This document shows positions 16,745 through 28,800 of a DNA stretch of 31,993 nucleotides, in pieces. The translations under genes were made by a program, and so were the position numbers. The stretch lies in the IMG/VR virus record IMGVR_UViG_3300025038_000006. One strand, 5' to 3'. How positions within the stretch are numbered: position 1 is the first letter of the stretch; every line of letters begins with the position of its first letter. Below the pieces are notes generated by a model, which saw nothing but the letters and a program-made list of their open reading frames with translations, ran no database searches and was not told where the DNA came from. This DNA is from an uncultured virus (IMG/VR IMGVR_UViG_3300025038_000006) (lineage: Duplodnaviria > Heunggongvirae > Uroviricota > Caudoviricetes).

Positions 16745-19486
16745 TCAAATCACCATAACACCTTGTTCAATATAGACATCATTTAGCGCGCTCACAGCGT
16801 TTGAATGTTGATACACGTCATAACTTACGCCAGCGACAACTTCGCTGCTAGCTAGGGACCAATCGCCCCCAGTGACATCATCCATTTTCGCCTTAGAAGC
16901 ATCATCACTGCTCCAATTAGTTGACCCTAAGTCAACCTTACTTAAGTCATTACCATTGATAAATAATGCCGACTCACGGTCAGTATCTTGTAATAGATCC
17001 TCAAACCGGACATCTAAAACATTTTGGCCATTCAGTTCAACATTCTCGATACCCGTCAAATTCTCTGTGGTTGCATTGGTAATATGTCTATTGCCGTCTA
17101 CCAAACGGCTGTCTAAACTGTAATCTAATATTAGGGTGTCTGTACCTGAGCCTCCAGCGATAAGACCTGATAAATCTGAACCACAAACCGTAATTATATC
17201 GTCGCCCCTACCTAAATCTATACTTGAACCTCCTTTGACGCTATCTAAAACGCTCATGACATCGTTGCCATCTCCAAGGCCCACTGAAGCATGATTTAAA
17301 GTTGACCCTTCAACAACTAAAGTATCTTCCCCGTTACCGGTAATAATCGTTGAATGGTCTTCTATATGCCTTGCCACGTTAATAACATTGTCACCATCAC
17401 CTAAATCAACAACCGCATAATCTTCAACATCTTCACCGACCGTTAACGTATCATTGCCTTCATAAGTAGTTAATCGGCTATGACCATCAACATCGTCACC
17501 GGTGGTAATAGTATTATCACCGGCTCCTAAGTCAATATCGGCACGGCCATCAATTTTATGACCTACCACAAGCTCATCCACTCCAGCACCCGCTGTGATA
17601 TGCGTTGCTCCTAAAATATTTTTGCCGAAGCTTAGTGAATTATCACCTTCACCAAGATGAATTTCACTGTGATTGACCATAGATTTAGCCACATTGATAA
17701 CATCGTCACCATTACCCACTTGAATAGTAGAGTGGTCTTCGACAAAACTGTCAATAGTGATTGAGTTATCGCCATCTCCTAAATCAATTGATGAAGAGTC
17801 TTCTGTATCATCGCCAATGACTAGGGTATCGACTCCACTACCGGTAATAATCTTAGACTGACCATCTAAATCATCACCAATATCGATGTTATTAGTACCC
17901 TCGCCTAAATTAATTTCACTGGTGCCTTCAACAAAGGTGCCAATGCTAACATTGTCATTCCCATCACCACCAAAGACATGACCAAAATCATTTGCACCAG
18001 CATTTCCAAGATTATGGGTTATCGTCAGATAGTTGGTATGGTCAGCACTATCTAATGATGAAGCAGCTTGTTCATCTAAGGCAAACTCAACACGGCCTGC
18101 GCCTAAATCAATGACACCGCCATCATCCATTTCACCATAGACGGTCACCTCATCATTACCACGTCCCATAAAGATACGACCACCGTCTATTCCCCACCCT
18201 GTGACCTTACCTTCGGCATTACCACCGATTACCACAGTGTCATTACATTCTTCAGTATAGATATAGCTTCGAGCTTCAAGGTTGGTTTGAGCCTGACCCA
18301 ATACCGCATCCATTTTACCTTGAACATAATAAGTATCATTACCGCTACCTAATTTAGCAGACGTATAAGCATTTTGATCCTCACGAATATGCACCAAATC
18401 ATGACCGCCATAGGTTTCCAAACTCCATAATGCATTACCGTCTTCATGATCTCTTTCAAAGTCGCCATCCCAGGGAGATTTAATTAAATTGTCTTGACTA
18501 TCAAAACCGGTATAACCGATGTAGATAGCATCGTTATAATCACTGGTTGCATAATTAATATCATCGCCATATTTACCGCCTGTTTTGCCACGCGGGTCTG
18601 AAGGGCCTTCACTGTCTGTTAAGTTGGCGCCTAAATGCCATAAATACATCGGTGCAGCATCAATACCGGGTTCGTCACAAGGGTTAGTTGCTGGTAAATC
18701 TAATACAGCAGAATCGGTACTGGTGGGTGAGGCGTTTTCATACTGATCAATGATAATAGCGTCCACTATGACTTCTGAACCATCAACTGGGTTAGTGACA
18801 TCCGTAAATGAGCCCGTATAACCATTCAAAAGTATCTCATCGGTAACCACTATTTCTGTGACATTATCAATGGCCACACCGTTTTCAGTATAAGTGGTGG
18901 TAATTAACAAGGTACTGCCTACAACAGTAGTTGAATCTACTGTTACCACATAATCTACAGTGTCTTGGAGCTCTGAGTTTTCGATAACCCCATCATCGTT
19001 AATATCTTCGGTAATGACAACATTGGGAGCAGCTGGCGGCTCAAGTTGTACATCGTAACTGTGCTCTATTTCACCGATATATGGGTTCTCCTGTAAATCA
19101 ATTGCAAATGCCGCTATTGAAACGGAGTCGTCAGCTGCTAAATCACTACCCAATACAGATACTGAATAAGCATTATTTGAATCCAGATTGGCGGTATATT
19201 CTTGATTGTTTAATGTCACCTTTATTAAAGTAAGTTGCTCATAATTTCCCTCTACTGTTCCAGTTAATAAGATTTCTTGGCTGGCTTCAGAGATATTGAC
19301 CACATTATTTTCAGTGATACTGTCAACCAAGACAGTTAGCATGTAATTAGGGTCTATCGCTAGGGTTTGTGGCTGTACAGAAATAGCGGCTATCTCTGCA
19401 TTATTATTTATACTTTTATTGTTAATGATATTTTTATTATTAATATTGAAGACGTCCGATATTATTTTTTGATTTATATTATTCAT
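16745..19486 (-). CDS. RTX-like calcium-binding surface protein (Ig-like domains + 21-aa beta-solenoid repeats), probable T1SS substrate
   Basis: No signal peptide; two Ig-like modules; about 13 tandem GxGxD/N repeats; C-terminal GGSGTDTL...GIENVEL...YDVY...VYIEQGV region like Bap-type T1SS substrates. Confidence 0.8.
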   Translation of the reverse strand: MNNINQKIISDVFNINNKNIINNKSINNNAEIAAISVQPQTLAIDPNYMLTVLVDSITENNVVNISEASQEILLTGTVEGNYEQLTLIKVTLNNQEYTANLDSNNAYSVSVLGSDLAADDSVSIAAFAIDLQENPYIGEIEHSYDVQLEPPAAPNVVITEDINDDGVIENSELQDTVDYVVTVDSTTVVGSTLLITTTYTENGVAIDNVTEIVVTDEILLNGYTGSFTDVTNPVDGSEVIVDAIIIDQYENASPTSTDSAVLDLPATNPCDEPGIDAAPMYLWHLGANLTDSEGPSDPRGKTGGKYGDDINYATSDYNDAIYIGYTGFDSQDNLIKSPWDGDFERDHEDGNALWSLETYGGHDLVHIREDQNAYTSAKLGSGNDTYYVQGKMDAVLGQAQTNLEARSYIYTEECNDTVVIGGNAEGKVTGWGIDGGRIFMGRGNDEVTVYGEMDDGGVIDLGAGRVEFALDEQAASSLDSADHTNYLTITHNLGNAGANDFGHVFGGDGNDNVSIGTFVEGTSEINLGEGTNNIDIGDDLDGQSKIITGSGVDTLVIGDDTEDSSSIDLGDGDNSITIDSFVEDHSTIQVGNGDDVINVAKSMVNHSEIHLGEGDNSLSFGKNILGATHITAGAGVDELVVGHKIDGRADIDLGAGDNTITTGDDVDGHSRLTTYEGNDTLTVGEDVEDYAVVDLGDGDNVINVARHIEDHSTIITGNGEDTLVVEGSTLNHASVGLGDGNDVMSVLDSVKGGSSIDLGRGDDIITVCGSDLSGLIAGGSGTDTLILDYSLDSRLVDGNRHITNATTENLTGIENVELNGQNVLDVRFEDLLQDTDRESALFINGNDLSKVDLGSTNWSSDDASKAKMDDVTGGDWSLASSEVVAGVSYDVYQHSNAVSALNDVYIEQGVMVI

Positions 19487-19668
19487 AATAAGCCCTATGT
19501 GTAATTATTTGTTTATTAAGTTAAGTGGCGCTTAATTACTATAGGCTTAGGAGATACACGTGTTTATAGTACAAATATGCTAATTAGAGTTTTGTTTCGG
19601 TCATCCCGATTTGAGTCTGAAGTCTTGCACTGATGATAAGAATCAGAGTGAATTCAAATATTAAAACT

Positions 19669-19703
19669 AAAAAAAGCCAGAGTATTAATACTCTGGCTTT
19701 TTT
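19669..19703. terminator. Palindromic terminator after the giant adhesin
   Basis: aaaaaagccagagtatt/aatactctggctttttt perfect inverted repeat. Confidence 0.85.
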
Positions 19704-19805
19704 ACTGTCTGGCTTTTTACTGCCCGATTTTATTACTATATTTCAGGGCAGAAACTTTTCTTTCTAGATGACTGTTAGCAAGTAACCACTAACCTTTTTT
19801 AGTGA

Positions 19806-22800
19806 CTAAATAATATGATTATCTACTAAGTTATTAAAATCACCTGCGTAGTTATCAATTTGAATATTTAGATCACTTTGAGCGGCAGAGTATCCACCAC
19901 TAAAGTTACCATCTGCACTCACACCTAGTACTTCGGTTACGGCATCCCAATTTAAATAATCTGCAAGATTGGCAGCATCTCCTATGGTTTCACCTTGCAG
20001 TAAATCGCTTAGATTTAACTTATCACCTGCTTCAAAATCAGTAATAATATCTAAATCAGGCGTTGATACCCCGTCTATATCATTATTCGTCCAGATGAAA
20101 GTATCCTCACCTAGTCCGCCCGTCAGTACGTCATTTCCAGATTTGCCTTGCAGAATATCATTACCATCCATACCTAGTAAGACATCATCTAATCCTTCAC
20201 GGCCTACTAAGGTTTCTGAAGCATTAGTACCTTGAACCGTGCCAGTATCACCTTGTTGGTACTCGATGCTTACTAACGCTGAGCTAGAAACGTCATTTTC
20301 AGAAATTGTGTAATCGAATGAATTCACACTAGAGAAGTCAGTCGTGGTATAGATGACTGGATCAACACCTGAGGTTTGACCTCCATTAACATCAAAGGTT
20401 GTTGTTACTTCAGAGTTAGGTGAGGTATTGTCGTTACCTACCAATACCGCTTGATCTAACTCTAATATGCCCGTAGTGTCATTGGTAATGACGCTATCAT
20501 CTTTAGCAGATAAACTGTAGACGAAGATAGTTTGCGTTGATTCAACACTATCGCCGTCATCGTCTATAAGGGTAAAGGTAATATCTTCTTGATAATCAAC
20601 CACTAATGATTGAGTTTCATAGGTATATTTACCTGTCTCGAAATCTAGCGTCATAACACCTTGTGCCTGGGTATTAATTATGACCGTTGTTGTTGATTGG
20701 TCATAGCTATATATATCTGATGATGGACTAGATGCTACCATAGAGCCATCGCTACCATCATAATCATAGGTAATACCATCTAAGGTAAAGGTTAGGACGT
20801 GACCTTCATCAGCACCAAACAAGTTTCCATTTACCAAACCATAGTCTATGACATCAGGTAAGGTATCGATAAGGATATCGTCAAGCTCATCTAGATCAGT
20901 AACGATTCTGGCAAGATCAGTCGCGCCTTGTTCACCAATCTGCCCATCATAAGCAATGGGGTCAAGTTCGATAGTCGACTCATCAAAATCAGGACCGAAA
21001 GCAAAGGCATAAGATTTAATGTCATTAGCATTCAAAAAAGTAGTCCATAATGTTTCTTCTTGAGCTTGAATACCATTATCTTCATTAATATTACCCTTTG
21101 CGCCTGTACCATTTAGACCTGGATCAAAGTCGTTTACGGTTCCTTGACCAAACGTTGGCTCGCCATCGGTTAGGAAATAAGAGTAGTTATTGGCACCAAA
21201 TATACCCCCTGCATTATCGTAACTAGTCATAGTCACATCTAAAGCAGCATCATAGTTCGTACCACCACCAGGGGTTATACCAGGTAAGCTAGCTTTCAGT
21301 TCATCGATAGTCATCCATTGTGGCTGTGCCTGTGCCTCTTTAGCAAAGGTGATTAGCTGAACTTTAACATCGCCGGCCACATCATAACCGTCTAGTAACT
21401 TCACAATAGCCGCTTTTGCAAAATCGAGACGGGTTTCACCTCCAGAAATCTCCGTACTCATGCTGCCTGAAGTATCTAGAATAATAGTGATATTTGAGTC
21501 GGATGTTGCAGCAGCAATATCAATGTTACTTTGTGATTGTGCAGGTCTATCATCCTCAACAGTAACCGCAAAGTTAGTGCTAGCTGATTGTGTACCATCA
21601 CTGACACTGGCTTCAAACTGAACGTCGACCTGATCCTCATCGTCATTACTAGGGTGGTCAATAGCATGTAGCAACGTTGTATTGTAGTCGGCTACAAACC
21701 CACCTGAGCCATCAGTAGTAATGGGTCCTACATCAACTGTCATAACCTCTAACAAGTCTCCCTCAATAACTACTTGACCGGTTAACTGACCGGTTAAGTC
21801 ATCCCATGTCCAACTGACCGTCTCACCTTTTACAGTGATATCAGTTGGGCCAGCTAAATCAATAGAAAAGTCACTAGCATCAAAATTATCAACATCTGTA
21901 AAACTGATTGAACCAGTCGCTACTGCACTGTCCGTTGTATCGTTATTGCCTGTGGTATCGGGGATTGGATCAAACTCTGTTAGACCCTCTTCTGACACTG
22001 TTACTGGAGTAACGGTCGGAATGGCGCAGTCATTGCTACCTTTAATTACAATCTCTAATACCGCAATATCTGAGCCTGTACCATCTGTCATAGTGTAGTT
22101 GAAGCTTTCAGTTAGTGAGTCGCCATCATTTAAGGCTTGAACGGTGGCATCGTCATCATTTACTTCATACACATAGGTCCCATCAGCATTGACTGTTAGC
22201 GTTCCATAAGTACCTACCAATGCCGTTCCTAATGTGCCAGCAGTGCCACTACCTTCAACTCCACCAACTCTAATATCAGTCACTATAGCATCAGTTTGGT
22301 CTGGATTATCATTGGTTAGCACGTTACCGGTCGCATCTTGAGAACCTGATCCATTATTGATACCTCCAGCTTCAACAGCGGCAGCACTATCGTCTACTGC
22401 TAATAAGTCATTATCAACAATAGTACCTATGCCACTATTTAAAATATTAGCATTTGTACTTGGATTACTGAGTGTTATGTCAAATGTTTCTGTAGCCTCC
22501 CATACTGCGTCATCTATGATAGGAACAGTAATGGTTTGGGTCAATATTCCTGGAGTAAAGGTTAGCGTACCCATTGTGTTTGTATAGTCTGTACCATCTA
22601 CTGCTGTAACATCGGCAGTTGCATAATCAACAGTAACATCAGCTACTGCAGCTGGGCCACTTAGCGTTACTGTGAAGGTCATTGTTCCGTCCTCCTCATT
22701 AACTGACTGACTATCAATACTAATATCGGTTATATAATCATCATTAATGATGGTCATATCAGCGGTGTTAGCGTCAGAATCAACACCAATGCTTTCAAAG

Positions 22801-25800
22801 CCGCCGCCTACAGGATTGCTGATAGTGATATCAACGATTTCATCATCCTCTGCTAACAGATCATCTATCACCGTTAGGTCTAAATTAACTGAGCTTTGAC
22901 CGGCTGGTATAGTCACTTGAATAACGCCAGTAAAGTCATCGCCATTGTCAGCTGTGCCTGAGTAAGTCACATCAACTGTGACGTCTGTAGCAGCAGTTAT
23001 TAAATCACCGTTTTGATCGCGCAACTCAATTGGAAAAATGCCGATATTATCAGGATCAACAGCACCTTCGTTGATTGAATCAACATTATCTACGATAGAC
23101 ACTTCAACTGGGTCAGGTATAGGCTCGTCATTGATAGTCCCTGTAGCACTGCTACCTCCTATGGTTAATGTGGTGGTTTCGCCATCATCTGCATAGCTGT
23201 CATCAATGGTTGGATAAGTGACAGTAAAGCTTGTGACACCTGCAGGTACTGTAATCTCACCTGTAACTAAGTCTAAGGTGACTCCATCACTAAAGCTAAC
23301 AGCCGTAGAGTAATCCACGTTTTCAGTGGCTGTACCTTCTGTTAAGCTAAAGCTGTAGGTTTCATCAGTCATGCTAGGGTTACTTAACGTAACCATATGA
23401 ACTAAATCATCACCTTCAAAGGCTGCAGTCGGTTCGACAGTAATCTGAATATAATCATCACTAATGATGGTCATATCGGCGGTGTTAGCGTCAGAATCAA
23501 CACCAATGCTTTCAAAGCCGCCGCCTACAGGATTGCTGATAGTGATATCAATGATTTCATCATCCTCTGCTAGCAGATCATCTATTACCGTTAGGTCTAA
23601 GTTAACTGAGCTTTGACCGGCTGGTATAGTCACTTGGATAACGCCAGTAAAGTCATCGCCATTGTCAGCTGTGCCTGAGTAAGTCACATCAACTGTGACG
23701 TCTGTAGCAGCAGTTATTAAATCACCGTTTTGATCGCGCAACTCAATTGGGAAAATGCCGATATTATCAGGATCAACAGCACCTTCGTTGATTGAATCAA
23801 CATTATCTACGATAGACACTTCAACTGGGTCAGGTATAGGCTCGTCATTGATAGTCCCTGTAGCACTGCTACCTCCTATGGTTAATGTGGTGGTTTCGCC
23901 ATCATCTGCATAGCTGTCATCAATGGTTGGATAAGTGACAGTAAAGCTTGTGACACCTGCAGGTACTGTAATCTCACCTGTAACTAAGTCTAAGGTGACT
24001 CCATCACTAAAGCTAACAGCCGTAGAGTAATCCACGTTTTCAGTAGCTGTACCTTCTGTTAAGCTAAAACTGTAGGTTTCATCAGTCATGCTAGGGTTAC
24101 TTAGCGTAACCATATGAACTAAATCATCACCTTCAAAGGCTGCAGTCGGTTCGACAATAATCTGAATATAATCATCACTAGTGATGGTCATATCGGCGGT
24201 ATTGGCGTCAGGATCAATACCAATAGCTTCAAAGCCACCGCCTACAGGATTGCTGATAGTGATATCAACGATTTCATCATCCTCTGCTAACAGATCATCT
24301 ATCACCGTTAGGTCTAAATTAACTGAGCTTTGACCGGCTGGTATAGTCACTTGAATAACGCCAGTAAAGTCATCGCCATTGTCAGCTGTGCCTGAGTAAG
24401 TCACATCAACTGTGACGTCTGTCGCAGCAGTTATTAAATCACCGTTTTGATCGCGTATCTCAATTTCGAAACTGCCGACGTTATCGGGGCTAGTGGCAGA
24501 CTCATCGATTACCCCTACATTGTCAACAATCGATACTGACACTGTGTCAGGTGTAGGTTCATCAATGATAGTGCCCACGCCATTATTTAAAATAGTGGCG
24601 TTAACAGCGTTACTCAAGATCACATCATAGGTTTCAGGGAGTTCTGCGTAAGCATCATCGATAATAGGCACTTGGATAGTTTGAGTAAATACAGTGGTAC
24701 CCGCTGTAAAGGTTATCGTACCTGTTACTCCAGTATAATCTGAACCATCTACGGCCGTTACATCCCCTGTGGCATAGTCCACTGTCACATCAGCTGTTGG
24801 CGGTACATCACCGGCTAAAGTTACGGTAAACTCTGCAAAACCAGCATCTTCATCAACGGTCACGTCATCAATTTCGACAGAATAGTAAGGGGCGTCAATA
24901 ATTGTGACATCAGCCACATCATTATCAGTATCAATAGCAATGGCTTCAAAGCCGCCACCAGTCACCTCAGTGATAGTTATGACCACGTCTTCTAGGTCTT
25001 CATTTAAGGCATCAGTTAAGGTCTCAATATTAAGGTCAACTGAACTTGTACCTGCTAAAATAACAACTGTGGTACTGACTGTTGTGTAGTCAACACCATT
25101 GGCTGCCATGCCTGTGTACTCAACAGTAACGGTCACATCAGTGGCAGCAACAATTAAATCACCATTCGCATCGCGAAGCTCAATTGGGAAGATTGCCATC
25201 TCACCTTCATTGATATCACCTGTATCACCGCCTAAATAATCGTCTACGATAGACACTTCAACTGGATCAGGTATAGGCTCGTCATTGATGGTGCCTGTGG
25301 CACTGCTACCCCCTATGGTTAATGTGGTGGTTTCACCATCATCTGCATAGCTGTCATCAATGGTTGGATAAGTGACAGTAAAACTTGTGACACCTGCAGG
25401 TACTGTAATTTCACCTGTAACTAAGTCTAAGGTGACTCCATCACTAAAGCTAACAGCCGTAGAGTAATCCACGTTTTCAGTAGCTGTGCCTTCTGTTAAG
25501 CTAAAGCTGTAGGTTTCATCCGTCATGCTAGGGTTACTTAGCGTAACCATATGAACTAAATCATCACCTTCAAAGGCTGCAGTCGGTTCGACAGTAATCT
25601 GAATATAATCATCACTAATGATGGTCATATCGGCAGTATTGGCGTCAGGATCAATACCAATAGCTTCAAAGCCACCGCCTACAGGATTGCTGATAGTGAT
25701 ATCAACGATTTCATCATCCTCTGCTAACAGATCATCTATCACCGTTAGGTCTAAATTAACTGAGCTTTGACCGGCTGGTATAGTCACTTGAATAACGCCA

Positions 25801-28800
25801 GTAAAGTCATCGCCATTGTCAGCTGTGCCTGAGTAAGTCACATCAACTGTGACATCTGTCGCAGCAGTTATTAAATCACCGTTTTGATCGCGCAACTCAA
25901 TTGGGAAACTGCCGATATTATCTGGATCAACCGTACCTTCGTAGATTGAATCAACGTTATCTACAATCGATACTTCAACTAGGTCAGGTGGATATTCATC
26001 ATTGATAGTCCCTGTAGCACTGCTACCCCCTATGGTTAATGTGGTGATTTCACCATCATCTGCATAGCTGTCATCAATGGTTGGATAAGTGACAGTAAAA
26101 CTTGTGACACCTGCAGATACTGTAATCTCACCAGTTACTGCATCGAAGGTAACTCCATCGCTAAAGCTAACAGCCGTAGAGTAATCCACATTTTCAGTAG
26201 CTGTGCCTTCTGTTAAGCTAAAGCTGTAGGTTTGATCCGTCGCACTAGGGTTACTTAGCGTAACCATATGAACTAAATCATCACCTTCAAAGGCTGCACT
26301 CGGTTCGACAGTAATCTGAATAGTGCTATCTTTAATGGTTACATTAGCGGTATCGGCCATAGGATTAACACCAATAACTTCAAAGCCGCCACCCACGGGG
26401 TTACTAATGGTGATATCAACGATTTCATCACCTTCTGCTAACAGATCTTCTAAAGAGGCAATGTCTAAGTCAACTGAGCTTGCGCCCGCAGGAATAACAA
26501 CTGTAAAGCTACCGGTATAATCATTGCCATTGGTTGCCGAGCCTGTATACTCTATCGTTACCGTGACATCGGTAAGTGCGACTTGTGGATCGCCATCAAC
26601 GTTTGTCAGGTAAATAGGAAATGAGGCTAACTCGCCCTCATAAATTGAATCTACGTCATCAAAAATAGAAACTGTCACTGGGTAATTACAATCATCGACA
26701 ATATTCATATCAGCGACATACATTACTGGATCTAGTGCAATGGCCTCGAAACCACCACCGGACACACTTGTGAGCTCAATATTAACAATCTCTGAGCCCT
26801 CAGCAATATTATCATCCAAAGTTTGTAAAATCAGATTAGTACTCTGAGCGCCTGCAGGAATTACAACACTGGCAATACCTGTAAAATCAGTACCATCAAT
26901 AGCAACACCGCTATATTCAATATTAACTGTGATATCAGTGACTGCGTTGATAGCATTGCCATCCGCGTCCTTTAGAACAATTGGAAATAAGCCACTAGAA
27001 GCTTCTATAACATCAGTAGTAAAGTCTAGAATAGACACAAAAACTGAATCGCAATCATCTACAATATTCATGTCAGCAGTGTTATGGTCTGGATCAACGG
27101 CTATAGCTTCGAAACCACCACCTGATACATTAAAGAGTTCAATATTTACTAGCTCTGAACCTTCAGCAAAATTATCATCAATCGTTTCTAACACAAGGTA
27201 ATTAGATTGACTACCTGCTGGGATAACAATAGTTGATATACCTGTAAAGTCCGTACCATCAATGCCTACACCACTATAATGAATATCTACTGTAGTATCG
27301 GTAATTGCACTTACAGGATTTCCATCTTGATCATGCAGCTCGATTGGAAAAACACCATTGCCGCCTTCAACAACATTAGTTACGAAGTCAAGAATTGAAA
27401 CAACTACTGACTCTGCCTCACAGCAATCGTCGACTATATTCATATCAGCTGTGGCTTTAGTAGGATCAACCGCTATTGCTTCAAAACCACCACCAGTTAC
27501 ACTGTTTAATTCTATGTTTACAATCTCTGAGCCTTCAGCGATATAATCATCCAATGTCGTGATATCAAAATCCACACTCGAGCTGTTAGCAGGTATAGTG
27601 ACACTTGTCACCCCTATATAGTCCGTTCCATCGATGGCCACACCACTATAATGTATATCGACAGTGACATCAGTTATAGCGGCATTAAGGTTACCGTCAG
27701 CATCTCTCAACTCTACTGTAAAGGTAGCAACCTCACCTTCATAAACCGAATCAACATTATCAACAATTGACACATAGACTGAGTCTAAATCTGTGTGACA
27801 CTCATCAGTAATTGTGCCCACACCACTGTTTAGGATTGTGGCATTAACAGCATTACTTAGCGTCACACTATAAGTTTCAGCAACCTCAGCAATATTATCA
27901 TCCAAAATAGGCACAGTAATGGTCTGCGTGAGTGTACCCAATGGGAATACTAAAGTGCCGGTTACGCCAGTATAGTCTGAAGCATCCAGAGCAGTAACAT
28001 CACCTGTCGCATAATCCACGGTCACATCAGCTGTTGGGGCGTCGCCTGTTAAAGTTACCGTAAATACTGCATTACCAGCATCTTCGTCGACCGTTACGTC
28101 GTCAATCTCAATAGTAGTGTATGAGCTGTCGATAATATCAACGTCCGCGACACACTTATCGGCATCGACACCAAGGGCTTCAAAGCCGCCGCCTGTCGCG
28201 TCAGTAACGGTAATGACCACATTTTCTAAGTCTTCGTCTAACAGATCAGTAAGCGTTTCTATATCAAGATTGACTGAACTTTCGCCTGCTAGAATAGTGA
28301 CTGTGGTACTTACTGAGGTGTAGTCATCACCATTGATTGCCGTACCGGTGTACTCAACTGTGACAGTCACGTTAGTGGCTGCTATGACTAAATTACCTGC
28401 TTCATCACGCAGTTCTATTGGGAAGGTTGCCGTGTCACCTTCATTCACAGCGTCATAGTTATCGACGATAGATACTTCGACTAAATCTGGCAGTTGTTCT
28501 TCATCGGTAATCGTACCTATGCCACTATGTGAAATAGTTGCATTAACTGAGTTACTTAAGGTCATATCATAAGTTTCGTAAGGTTCAGCATAAACATCAT
28601 CTATGATCGGCACCTGGACAGTTTGCGTAAATACAGTGGTTCCCGCTGCAAAGGTAAGCGTACCAGTTATACCTGTGTAGTCTGGACCATTTAAGGCAGT
28701 AACATCACCTGTCGCGTAATCAACTGACACGTCAGCCGTTGGTATGCCTCCTGTTAAAGTTACTGTAAATTCTGCATAACCTGCATCTTCATCCACAATG

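Noticed and set aside
12549..17123. Plus-strand ORFs within the peptidase, response regulator and RTX genes
   Set aside because: Shadow ORFs of well-supported minus-strand genes
19692..19738. Short degenerate tandem repeat tctggctttttactg
   Set aside because: Looks like local slippage duplication of the terminator arm; no sign of function
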